NCBI RefSeq assembly: GCF_000186885.1
Contig: NC_014972.1
Location: 960,001-992,000 of the forward strand
Direction of reading: 5' to 3'
Length of the DNA: 32,000 bases
From: Desulfobulbus propionicus DSM 2032
GTDB taxonomy: Bacteria; Desulfobacterota; Desulfobulbia; Desulfobulbales; Desulfobulbaceae
Positions 18,660 through 27,480 of this stretch are shown here, piece after piece. Position numbers and translations under genes: made by a program. The notes under the pieces were generated by a model, which saw only the letters and a program-made list of their open reading frames with translations, searched no databases and had not been told where the DNA came from. The stretch's first letter is position 1; each line of letters starts with the position of its first letter.

Positions 18660-19673
18660 TCAGCCGAGCAACTGCTCGACATGGGGAATCAAATTCTTTT
18701 CGTTGACAAGCGTTACCTCGTACATGCTGGTCAAACCCTGGGCCTGTTCATCGCTTAATCCAGCGACGCAGAGTATGAAATGGGACCGGTCTATCGCAAG
18801 TCGCTTGCGCAATCGTGAATATTTGTCCAAATCTTGACGAAATTCTCCTGATTTGCATTCTATGCACAGAGGAATGTTGTTGTTGATCAGGAAAAAGACA
18901 TCCAGTTCGTGAAAGTCTTCATTGGGGAGGGTGACCGTTAGGCTGCGCGCACCAGAAAATGGTGTGTGCTTTTCTTGTAACAGGTTGAAGACCTTGATGA
19001 AAACAAACCATTCAAGCCAAGTGCCATTGAAAAATTGAACGATCGCCGGCGCGGTTTGCAGGGTAAGTTTTACGATTTTCTCGTGTTTTTGATAAAAACA
19101 CTTGGCGACAAAGGAAAATCGATAGAGCTGGTTGCAAAAATTCACGATCTCCTGAATATGCTTCTGGCTTTTCTTGGCCAGTTGAAAATGTACATTGGTA
19201 TAGCCTTTATTCTGAATTCGTTTTATCTTTTCGCTCACTTCTCGAAGGACTTCATAGTTATTCCCTAGTTCGACCGCCATCTCGTCAAAGAACCCTGTCG
19301 TGTCGAGTTCCTTTGGATTGACCTTCACGGTGACTTTTTTTGCTCCAAACCACTCGATGATCGGCTGGTATTGTTGATCATTGGCCAACTCGGTCGTGTT
19401 ATGGATGTCAATATCCTTCAGGGAAAAGAGTTCTCCGCTTGGCTGGTCAATGACTTGTATTTCCAGCGGATCGGAAGCGTTTGTTGTCTGTTGCAGTTTG
19501 ATCAGCTCTTTTTGTAGCGCAAAATATTTTTCCAGAATTTTCTCAACAAAGGCCACCGTGTCGTGGATGGGCGCGATGTGTTGGCATTGAGGACATTTGG
19601 CCGATTTTCCAATATGTTCGCTGGCCACCTCGCGAAGGTGACCGCATTTGTTGCAGCGAAAGAGAGCCATCAA
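18660..19673 (-). CDS. Zinc-ribbon protein with C-terminal Card1/Can2-like (DUF1887-type) PD-(D/E)xK nuclease domain; no CARF domain recognised
   Basis: 337 aa. N-terminal CxxC-x16-CxxC (C7, C10, C27, C30). The C-terminus GTWLEWFVF...HELDVFFLINNNIPLCIECKSGEF gives an E221/D258/E272/K274 restriction-endonuclease-like signature resembling the Card1/Can2 nuclease domain. Gene GC is about 37-48% by hand counts, against 62-72% in the flanks. Confidence 0.7.
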   Translation of the reverse strand: MMALFRCNKCGHLREVASEHIGKSAKCPQCQHIAPIHDTVAFVEKILEKYFALQKELIKLQQTTNASDPLEIQVIDQPSGELFSLKDIDIHNTTELANDQQYQPIIEWFGAKKVTVKVNPKELDTTGFFDEMAVELGNNYEVLREVSEKIKRIQNKGYTNVHFQLAKKSQKHIQEIVNFCNQLYRFSFVAKCFYQKHEKIVKLTLQTAPAIVQFFNGTWLEWFVFIKVFNLLQEKHTPFSGARSLTVTLPNEDFHELDVFFLINNNIPLCIECKSGEFRQDLDKYSRLRKRLAIDRSHFILCVAGLSDEQAQGLTSMYEVTLVNEKNLIPHVEQLLG

Positions 19674-19720
19674 AGAAACCTGTGTAATGGAAAGGGTGAG
19701 AGCGGGAGAGTGTATTGTCG

Positions 19721-19741
19721 TTAATTTTTTATTAAAATTAA
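19721..19741. promoter_or_regulatory. AT-only perfect palindrome upstream of the nuclease gene (possible operator/promoter element)
   Basis: TTAATTTT-ttatt-AAAATTAA. The 8-bp arms are perfect reverse complements. It lies 48-68 nt upstream of the start codon at 19673. Confidence 0.3.
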
Positions 19742-19817
19742 AATGTTGGGATGGTCAAGCAAAACTTCCCGCGCTTGCTTGGGGCCGCTTGCATCCACAA
19801 GTCGGCAGGCAGGTGCA

Positions 19818-19837
19818 TCCGGTACTCGGCGTATCCT
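19818..19837. repeat. Right copy of the split direct repeat flanking the low-GC islet
   Basis: TCCGGTACTCGGCGTATCCT; see the left copy at 18564-18591. Confidence 0.35.
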
Positions 19838-19957
19838 GTTGGTGTCAAGGTGTGCCCCTTCCCGTTGACAAAGCGGCGCCGGTCGCTTACTTCTGTGGCT
19901 GCTTTTAGCCTCGGCAAGGTATTTTCAAGGGAAACAGGCAAAAAGGAGGAGGCTCCC

Positions 19958-20557
19958 ATGACTGTCATCAGTGAACAAACCATCGATCTGGGATCGTGTG
20001 CGGTGCATGCGCTTGCGTGTGGACCAACCAGTTCCGCCACTGTCGTTCTGCTGCACGGCATGAAGTTTCAGGCCGAGACCTGGCGGCAATTGGGTACCCT
20101 GGAATTCCTGGCGGGCATGGGGCAGCATGTATTGGCGGTGGATATGCCCGGATTTGGCCGGAGTCCGGCCAGCGAGGCCGCGCCGGTTGCGGTGCTCGCA
20201 CGGTTGTTCGAGCATTTGGCCATCGAGCGGGTGACCCTGATCGGCCCTTCCATGGGTGGGCGCATTGCCCTGGAATTTTCCCTGAACTATCCGCAGCGAA
20301 TCGCTGGTCTGGTTTTGGTTGGTGCCGTGGGCGTGGAGGACAACCGGTCCGGTTTGGGCGTCATTACCGCGCCGACCCTGATCGTCTGGGGCGGCGAGGA
20401 CCAGGTTTCTCCGCTGGGCAACAGCGACATCCTGTTGGCGGGAATCAAGGGCGCCACCCGGGAGATTTATCCGGGAGCACCGCATCCCTGTTACCTGGAA
20501 CAGCCGGATCGTTGGCACGCCAGTCTGCGCACCTTTTTTACATCTCTCGCCAAGTGA
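19958..20557 (+). CDS. Alpha/beta-fold hydrolase
   Basis: 199 aa from ATG 19958, preceded by a strong AAGGAGGAGG SD. VVLLHGMKF (oxyanion region), nucleophile elbow GPSMGG, C-terminal GAPHPCYLEQP. The track ORF start at 19751 is an unsupported extension. Confidence 0.8.
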   Translation: MTVISEQTIDLGSCAVHALACGPTSSATVVLLHGMKFQAETWRQLGTLEFLAGMGQHVLAVDMPGFGRSPASEAAPVAVLARLFEHLAIERVTLIGPSMGGRIALEFSLNYPQRIAGLVLVGAVGVEDNRSGLGVITAPTLIVWGGEDQVSPLGNSDILLAGIKGATREIYPGAPHPCYLEQPDRWHASLRTFFTSLAK

Positions 20558-20577
20558 GGCAACAAGCGGCCCTCCCC

Positions 20578-23043
20578 ATGGGAAAAACACTGATCATTGC
20601 CGAAAAGCCTAGCGTTGCCGCCGATATCGTCAAGGCCTTGCCAGGAAAATTCACTAACGCCAAGACCCACTATGAAAGTGACGAGTACATCGTCTCCTAC
20701 GCCATCGGCCATCTGGTGTCCATCGCCTACCCCGAGGAGATCAACCCCGAACTGAACAAGTGGACCCTGGACAACTTGCCCATCCTGCCCGAGGAGTTTC
20801 CCCTGGCGGTGCTACCGGACACCAAGGCCCAATTCAATGCGCTGACCAAACTGATCCGCCGCCGCGACGTGGAGGTGATCGTCAACGGCTGCGACGCCGG
20901 CCGCGAGGGCGAATTGATCTTCAAGTACATTCTCAAGCAGGCCACCAATCGCTCGGTGGAGCACAAACGGGTCCAACGGTTGTGGCTGCAATCCATGACC
21001 CTGGATGCCATCCGCGACGGTTTGGGCAAGCTCAAGGACGACCAGGAGATGCGGCCTCTGGAGGATACGGCCCTGTGCCGCTCCGAGGCCGATTGGTTGA
21101 TCGGCATCAACGCCACCCGGGCCCTGACCTGCTACAACTCTCGCTTCGGCGGTTTCCGCAAGACACCCTGTGGCCGGGTGCAGACCCCGACCCTGTCGCT
21201 GTTGGTCAAGCGCGAGACTGAACGACGCGAGTTTGTGCCCACCACCTACTGGGAATTGCATGGCTGTTTCGTTTGCGGGCCGGTCGCCTACCAGGGGGTA
21301 TGGATCGATCCTGCCTTTGCCAAAGACGAGGAGCAGGCCCACGGCCGTCGCAACCGCATCTGGGAGGAAGAACGGGCCAAAGAGATTGCCGACCGCTGCA
21401 CCGGCAAGCCGGCCATGGTCGAGGAGAGCAGCAAGAAGTCGACCAAGGGCGCGCCGCCGCTGTACGACCTGACCCTGTTGCAGCGCGAGGCCAACAGCCG
21501 TTTCGGCTTTTCCGCCAAGAATACCCTGGCTCTGGCCCAGGCCCTCTACGAGCGGCACAAACTGATCACGTATCCCCGTACCGACAGCCGCTGCCTGCCC
21601 GAGGACTACCTGCCCACGGTGGTGAAGGTGGTTGGTCAGCAGCAGCAGTGGCAATATGGCCGTTTTGCGAGCGAGGCCCTGGAGAAGAAGTATCTCAAGA
21701 AAGACAAACGGATTTTTGACAACAAGAAGATTTCCGACCACTTCGCCATCATTCCCACCGCCGGCCTGCCCAAGACCCTGAGCGAGCCCGAGCTGAAGAT
21801 CTACCAGATGATCGTCCAGCGGTTTTTGGCCGTTTTCTTTCCCGCCGCAGTGTATCATAATACCCGGCGGCTTTCGCTGGTGGAGGGCGAAACCTTTCTC
21901 ACCGAGGGCAAGATCCTGGTGGAACCGGGCTGGCGGGCTATTTACGGCGCGAGCAGCGAGGAGGACGGCGATAAGGAATTGCAGGCACTGCCGCCGGATA
22001 CCCTGGTGCAGTGCGAGGACATCGACCGGCAGGAACATCAAACCAAGCCGCCGCCCCGATTCACCGAGGCGACCCTGCTCTCGGCCATGGAGCATTCGGG
22101 CAAGCTGGTCGAAGACGAGGAACTGGCCGAGGCCATGAAGGAGCGCGGCTTGGGCACGCCGGCCACGCGGGCGGCGATCATCGAGAAACTGATCAACGAA
22201 AAGTATATCGTCCGCGAGCAGCGCGAGCTGGTGCCCACGGGCAAGGCCTTCGAGCTGCTGAGTTTGCTTGAAGCCCGGAAGATCGACGTACTGGCCTCGC
22301 CGGAGCTGACCGGCGAATGGGAGTACAAGCTCAACCAGATCCTGAAAGGGGCCATGACCCGGACGCAGTTCATGAAAGAGATCCGGGAGATGACCGGGGC
22401 CATCGTCGACAAGGTCAAGCAGGGCGGAGGCACGGAGCGTCACGAGGCGCCTTTCTCGCCGGTGGACGGGGCCCGCTTTTACGAGACCGCCTCGGCCTAT
22501 GAATCCGAAGACAAGAAGCTGATCATCCGCAAGGTGCTGGGCGGCCGAGTGATGGACCCCGCGGAGATCGTCGAACTGATCCGGGGCAAAACCTTGGGGC
22601 CGTTCAACGATTTCCGCTCGAAAAAAGGCAAGCCCTTCACGGCCTCGGTGCACATCGCCAACTCCAAGGTCGAATTTCTCTTTGCCGATTCCACCGACGA
22701 ACTGAATCTGGACGAGATCCGCGGCCAGGAGCCGCTTGGTCTCTCACCCGTCGATCAGACCAAAGTGTTCGAAACGCCGGCCGGTTTTCTTTCCGAATCG
22801 GCGCTTGAGGGGGATCAGAAGAAGGGCTTGCGCATCTCCAAAATCATTTTGGGGAAAAAATTGGAACGGGAACACATCAGCCAGCTACTCGCCGATGGCC
22901 GCACCGAGCTGATTGGCGGTTTCATCTCCAAAAGGAAAAAGCCCTTTGACGCTTTCCTCCTGCTGGACGCCAAGGGCAAGCTGAGTTTTGCATTTCCCCC
23001 TCGGGGGAAGAAGGGCAAGGACAAGGAAGCCGATAACGGCTGA
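20578..23043 (+). CDS. topB: DNA topoisomerase III
   Basis: 821 aa from ATG 20578 (MGKTLIIAEKPSVA, TOPRIM). CDAGREGELIF. Catalytic-tyrosine region LITYPRTDSRCL. Two C-terminal repeats (GKTLGPFNDFRSKKGKPFTA and GGFISKRKKPFDAFLLLD) typical of the topoisomerase C-terminal repeat. The track ORF start at 19996 overlaps the hydrolase gene and is spurious. Confidence 0.9.
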   Translation: MGKTLIIAEKPSVAADIVKALPGKFTNAKTHYESDEYIVSYAIGHLVSIAYPEEINPELNKWTLDNLPILPEEFPLAVLPDTKAQFNALTKLIRRRDVEVIVNGCDAGREGELIFKYILKQATNRSVEHKRVQRLWLQSMTLDAIRDGLGKLKDDQEMRPLEDTALCRSEADWLIGINATRALTCYNSRFGGFRKTPCGRVQTPTLSLLVKRETERREFVPTTYWELHGCFVCGPVAYQGVWIDPAFAKDEEQAHGRRNRIWEEERAKEIADRCTGKPAMVEESSKKSTKGAPPLYDLTLLQREANSRFGFSAKNTLALAQALYERHKLITYPRTDSRCLPEDYLPTVVKVVGQQQQWQYGRFASEALEKKYLKKDKRIFDNKKISDHFAIIPTAGLPKTLSEPELKIYQMIVQRFLAVFFPAAVYHNTRRLSLVEGETFLTEGKILVEPGWRAIYGASSEEDGDKELQALPPDTLVQCEDIDRQEHQTKPPPRFTEATLLSAMEHSGKLVEDEELAEAMKERGLGTPATRAAIIEKLINEKYIVREQRELVPTGKAFELLSLLEARKIDVLASPELTGEWEYKLNQILKGAMTRTQFMKEIREMTGAIVDKVKQGGGTERHEAPFSPVDGARFYETASAYESEDKKLIIRKVLGGRVMDPAEIVELIRGKTLGPFNDFRSKKGKPFTASVHIANSKVEFLFADSTDELNLDEIRGQEPLGLSPVDQTKVFETPAGFLSESALEGDQKKGLRISKIILGKKLEREHISQLLADGRTELIGGFISKRKKPFDAFLLLDAKGKLSFAFPPRGKKGKDKEADNG

Positions 23044-23133
23044 TCCCCTGCGCCCGAAAGAAGAACGCATTTCGAATGGCGGCCGGAAGGTGCGAAAACC
23101 AACAATCACAGACCGTCATCACAACGTGAACCG

Positions 23134-23532
23134 ATGAAAAAATTAAAAAAAGAGTATGCGGAAAAAGAGGGCAGGGAACTGGCGGCGGTGTGCGCCCGCG
23201 TGGCCCTCGACACCAAGGCGGAGGAGGTGGTGGTGCTGGATGTGCGCGGCCTGGCTTCCTTCACCGACTATTTCGTGATCATGAGCGGCCGCTCCACCCG
23301 TCACGTGCAGGGGCTGGCCGAGGCCATCGAGGGCGAGCTGAGCACCAAGCGGATCAGCAGCAAGCACAGCGAGGGGTTGCGCGAGGGGATGTGGGTGTTG
23401 CTCGATTTCGGCGATGTGGTGGTGCACATCTTCTATCATGAGAACCGTGCTTTTTATGATCTGGAGGGGTTGTGGCACGATGCCCCCAAGATCGATGTCG
23501 ACAGCCTGCTGGCCGAAAACGCCCAGCCCTGA
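23134..23532 (+). CDS. rsfS: Ribosomal silencing factor RsfS (iojap family)
   Basis: 132 aa. VVVLDVRGLASFTDYFVIMSGRSTRHVQGLAEAI ... WVLLDFGDVVVHIF ... YDLEGLW matches the RsfS pattern. Confidence 0.88.
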   Translation: MKKLKKEYAEKEGRELAAVCARVALDTKAEEVVVLDVRGLASFTDYFVIMSGRSTRHVQGLAEAIEGELSTKRISSKHSEGLREGMWVLLDFGDVVVHIFYHENRAFYDLEGLWHDAPKIDVDSLLAENAQP

Positions 23533-23550
23533 TTGCCAAGGAGGTCCATC

Positions 23551-25110
23551 ATGTCCGCGCCCGTTCCCGTTATCCTGGCCATCCTCGACGGTTGGGGAAT
23601 TGCCGATCCCGTGCCGACCAACGCGGTTTTTGTCGCCAAGACCCCCAACATGGACCGGCTGAGCGCCGCCTATCCCATGACCACGCTCGTTGCCCACAAC
23701 GGCATGGTCGGCCTGCCTGAAGGCCAGATGGGCAATTCCGAGGTCGGCCACCTCAACATCGGCGCCGGACGGATCGTCTACCAGGATTTCACCCGCATCA
23801 ACCTGGCGGTGGAGCGGGGCGAGCTGGCCGCCAATCCGGTATTCAACAGGGTAATGGAGCAGGTCAAGGCGGCGGACAGCCGCCTGCATCTGTGCGGCCT
23901 GGTCTCCGACGGCGGTGTGCACAGCCATCTCCGTCACTTGATCGCCCTGATTGAACTGGCGGCAGCCAAGGGGGTCGAGGTGGTGGTGCACTGCTTCATG
24001 GACGGCCGCGACACCCCGCCGACGAGCGGCCTGGGTTTCATGGAGGAGCTGGTTGCGGCCATGGCACGGATCGGCTGCGGCCAGGTGGCCACGATCTCCG
24101 GCCGTTACTGGGCCATGGATCGGGACAAGCGTTGGGACCGGGTGAAAAAGGCCTGGGATGCCATGGTCGAAGGGGTTGGTCCGACCGCCGCCGATGCGGT
24201 CACGGTGATGCGCGAGGCCTATGCCCGGGGCGAGACCGACGAGTTTCTCACCCCGACCGTGCTGGTCGATGGCCAGGGCGTGCCGCTGGCCCGCATTCGC
24301 GATAATGATGCGGTGATCTTCTTTAATTTCCGCGCCGACCGGGTGCGCGAACTCTGTCATGCCTTTGGCGACGTCGATTTCAGCGGTTTTGATGCCGGCG
24401 TCCGGCCGCGGCTGCTGGCCCTGGCCACCATGACCGAGTACGAGGCCGATTTCCCCTTTCCCGTGGCCTTCCCGCCGGTGACACTCACCCACATCCTCGG
24501 CGAGGAGGTCAGTCGCCATGGCCGCCGCCAGCTGCGCATCGCCGAGACCGAGAAGTACGCCCATGTGACCTATTTTTTTAACGGCGGCAACGAGGTCCCC
24601 TATCCGGGCGAGGACCGGCTGCTGATCAATTCGCCGCGCGATGTGGCCACCTACGACCAGAAACCGCAGATGAGCGCGGTCGAGGTGACCGACCGGCTGC
24701 TCGCGGCCCTGGCCGAGCGGGAAGCGGCCGGTGCGCCCTACGATCTGGTGATCCTCAACTTCGCCAACGGCGACATGGTCGGCCATACCGGGATAATGGC
24801 CGCGGCGGTGGCGGCCTGCGAGACCGTGGACCGGTGCGTGGGCCGGATCGAGCAATTTGTCCGCGAGCGGGGTGGGGTGCTGTTGATCACCGCCGATCAC
24901 GGCAACGCCGAGCAGATGGTCGACCCGCAGAACAGCGGCCCCTACACCGCCCATACCCTCAGTCCGGTGCCGTTCATCGTGGTCTCCGAGGCGTTCCGAA
25001 ACCGGACCCTGCGCCCCGGCGGCGCGCTCAAGGACATCGCTCCCACCATCCTCACTCTGATGGAGCTGCCGATCCCGAAAGAGATGGAAGGGGAGAGCTT
25101 GATCGTCTGA
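23551..25110 (+). CDS. gpmI: 2,3-bisphosphoglycerate-independent phosphoglycerate mutase
   Basis: 519 aa from ATG 23551, preceded by an AAGGAGG SD. ILDGWG, MGNSEVGHLNIGAGR, GLVSDGGVHSH, NFANGDMVGHTG, TADHGNAE. Confidence 0.92.
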   Translation: MSAPVPVILAILDGWGIADPVPTNAVFVAKTPNMDRLSAAYPMTTLVAHNGMVGLPEGQMGNSEVGHLNIGAGRIVYQDFTRINLAVERGELAANPVFNRVMEQVKAADSRLHLCGLVSDGGVHSHLRHLIALIELAAAKGVEVVVHCFMDGRDTPPTSGLGFMEELVAAMARIGCGQVATISGRYWAMDRDKRWDRVKKAWDAMVEGVGPTAADAVTVMREAYARGETDEFLTPTVLVDGQGVPLARIRDNDAVIFFNFRADRVRELCHAFGDVDFSGFDAGVRPRLLALATMTEYEADFPFPVAFPPVTLTHILGEEVSRHGRRQLRIAETEKYAHVTYFFNGGNEVPYPGEDRLLINSPRDVATYDQKPQMSAVEVTDRLLAALAEREAAGAPYDLVILNFANGDMVGHTGIMAAAVAACETVDRCVGRIEQFVRERGGVLLITADHGNAEQMVDPQNSGPYTAHTLSPVPFIVVSEAFRNRTLRPGGALKDIAPTILTLMELPIPKEMEGESLIV

Positions 25111-25227
25111 AGGCTCCCGTTGGGGTGGAAGAGAAGGCGTATCGGCAAGCGCGATGGGCAGGATCACCCTTTTCCATCCAACAGACTCCAGATTGATAGA
25201 TTAACCAGCTGACAAAGGAACACAACC

Positions 25228-26619
25228 ATGCGCTATATCAGTACCCGGGGCGGCATCGAGCCCCTTCAGTTTCAGGATGCGGTGATGATGGGGCTGGCCC
25301 GGGACGGTGGCCTGCTTTTACCCCAGACCCTGCCCACGGTCGATACCGAGGTGCTCGACCGCTGGCAGCATCTGCCCTACCAATATCTGGCCCGGGAGAT
25401 CCTCTCGCTGTTCATTGACGATATCCCCCAGGCCGATCTGGAAGACCTGATCGAGCGGGCCTATGCCTCCTTTGCCCATCCGCAGGTGACCCCGGTGACC
25501 AAACGGGGGGATGTCTACATCCTGGAGTTGTTCCACGGTCCGACGCTCGCCTTCAAGGACGTGGCCCTGCAACTGCTCGGCAACCTGTTCGAATATGTGC
25601 TGGCCCGCACCGGCGGCTTCATGAACATCCTCGGCGCCACCTCGGGCGACACCGGCAGTGCCGCCATTGCCGGGGTGCGCGGCAAAAACAAGATCAACAT
25701 CTTCATCCTGCATCCGCACGGCCGCACCAGCCCCATCCAAGCCCTGCAGATGACCACGGTCCTTGACCCCAACGTGTTCAACATCGCGGTGCGCGGCACC
25801 TTTGACGATGCCCAGAGTATCGTCAAGGCCATCTTCAATGACCTCGATTTTCGCGACCGCTACCGGCTGGGCGCGGTCAACTCGATCAACTGGGCCCGGG
25901 TGCTGGCCCAGGTGGTGTACTATGTCTACGCCTATCTCAAGTTACGCAAACTGGGATCGGGCAGTGTTGATTTTTCGGTGCCCACCGGCAACTTCGGCGA
26001 CATCTTCGCCGGCTATGTGGCCAAAACGCTGCTTCCCGCCGGTTGCATCCACACTCTGATCCTGGCCACCAACGCCAACGACATCCTGGCCCGTTTCGTC
26101 AGCCAAGGCGACTACTCACGGGGACAGGTGCAGGCCACCAGCAGTCCATCGATGGACATCCAGATCGCATCCAACTTCGAGCGCTACCTCTATTACCTGC
26201 GCGGCGAGGACGGCGCGGCGGTCAAGGCGGACATGGAAGGATTCGCCGCCACCGGAAAACTGGATCTCTCGGCCTTCACGGCACGGGTGGCCCAGGATTT
26301 CCGTTCGCGTGCGGTGTCCGAGGAGGAGACCATCGCCACCATCGGCGCATTCCACCGGGAGCACGGCTACCTGCTCGACCCGCACACCGCCGTCGGGGTC
26401 AAGGCCGCGCTCGACCTGCGCGAACCGAGCCGGCCGGTGGTCTGTCTGGCTACCGCCCATCCGGCCAAATTCGGTGAGGCGGTCACTCGGGCCATCGGCA
26501 GCGAGCCGCCCCTGCCGCTGGCCCTGGCCGATTTGGCCAACCGCGAAAGCCGCTGCGTCGTGCTCGATGCGGAGGTCGAGACAGTCAAGGAATTCGTGGC
26601 CAGGAATGGACTCCAGTGA
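25228..26619 (+). CDS. thrC: Threonine synthase (long form)
   Basis: 463 aa. MRYISTRGG N-terminus. PLP-lysine region LELFHGPTLAFKDVALQ. TSGDTGSAA. Confidence 0.9.
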   Translation: MRYISTRGGIEPLQFQDAVMMGLARDGGLLLPQTLPTVDTEVLDRWQHLPYQYLAREILSLFIDDIPQADLEDLIERAYASFAHPQVTPVTKRGDVYILELFHGPTLAFKDVALQLLGNLFEYVLARTGGFMNILGATSGDTGSAAIAGVRGKNKINIFILHPHGRTSPIQALQMTTVLDPNVFNIAVRGTFDDAQSIVKAIFNDLDFRDRYRLGAVNSINWARVLAQVVYYVYAYLKLRKLGSGSVDFSVPTGNFGDIFAGYVAKTLLPAGCIHTLILATNANDILARFVSQGDYSRGQVQATSSPSMDIQIASNFERYLYYLRGEDGAAVKADMEGFAATGKLDLSAFTARVAQDFRSRAVSEEETIATIGAFHREHGYLLDPHTAVGVKAALDLREPSRPVVCLATAHPAKFGEAVTRAIGSEPPLPLALADLANRESRCVVLDAEVETVKEFVARNGLQ

Positions 26620-26640
26620 GGAGATGATCGGAGGGGAGCC

Positions 26641-27480
26641 ATGATCGACATTGACCGCCACCGGCACGAGGTCGAAACCGCGGTCGCCTTTCTCCGCGAG
26701 CGGATCAGCGCCCCGCCCGAGGTGCTCATCCAGTTGGGCACCGGTTTGGGTGAGCTGGTCCGGGCGATGGAGGTGGAGTGTACCCTGGCCTACGAGGCCA
26801 TTCCCCACTTTCCCCGCTCCACCGTGACCAGCCATGCAGGCAACCTGGTCATCGGCCGGCTGGCCGGCAAACGCGCCGCCATCCTCCAGGGACGGTTCCA
26901 CTGCTACGAGGGTTATTCGGCCCGCGAGGTGGCCTTCCCCATCCGGGTGCTGGCGCTGCTGGGAGCGAAAACGGCGATCATCACCAATGCCAGCGGCGGC
27001 CTCAACCCCGCCTTCCAGCCGGGAACGATCATGGTCTTGAACGATCACCTCAACCTGCTGGGCGACAACCCCCTGCGCGGGCCCAACGTGGATGCCTGGG
27101 GCGTGCGCTTTCCCGACCTTTCCACCCCCTATGCTCCGGAACTGCGTGACCTGGCCCTGTCGCTGGCCGAACGACTGCATCGTGCCGAAGTGACCAGCGG
27201 CACCTATGTGTGCATCCCCGGCCCGAGCCTGGAAACTCCGGCCGAGACCCGTTTTCTGCGCCTGATCGGTGCCGACGCGGTGGGCATGTCCTCGGTGCCG
27301 GAGATTCTGGTGGCCCTGCACGCGGGCTTGCGGGTGCTGGGGCTGTCGGTGGTGGCCAACGTCAACGATCCGGACCATTTTCAGCCGATCCTGCTCGACG
27401 ACATCATCGCCGCCGCCCGCAGGGCCGAACCGCGTCTGCAACAGCTGATCATCCATATCCTGGCGGAGCTGACTCCATGA
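26641..27480 (+). CDS. Purine nucleoside phosphorylase family protein (trimeric PNP/MTAP class; possibly inosine/methylthioinosine-specific)
   Basis: 279 aa. HFPRSTVTSHAGNLVIGRLAGKRAAILQGRFHCYEGY, ITNASGGLNP, VGMSSVPE. GGAGG SD. The stop overlaps the next start (ATGA). Confidence 0.85.
   Translation: MIDIDRHRHEVETAVAFLRERISAPPEVLIQLGTGLGELVRAMEVECTLAYEAIPHFPRSTVTSHAGNLVIGRLAGKRAAILQGRFHCYEGYSAREVAFPIRVLALLGAKTAIITNASGGLNPAFQPGTIMVLNDHLNLLGDNPLRGPNVDAWGVRFPDLSTPYAPELRDLALSLAERLHRAEVTSGTYVCIPGPSLETPAETRFLRLIGADAVGMSSVPEILVALHAGLRVLGLSVVANVNDPDHFQPILLDDIIAAARRAEPRLQQLIIHILAELTP

Noticed and set aside
20812-22653. 613-aa minus-strand ORF antisense to topB. Similar long antisense ORFs occur at 23143..25167 (674 aa), 26116..27456 (446 aa), 27672..28700, 13223..14224, 14711..15739, 16695..17762, 10162..11484 and 15755..16573.
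   Set aside because: All lie opposite confidently identified genes. Their translations are Arg/Gly/Pro/His-rich low-complexity strings with no recognisable motifs. Long stop-free antisense frames are expected in GC-rich coding DNA.
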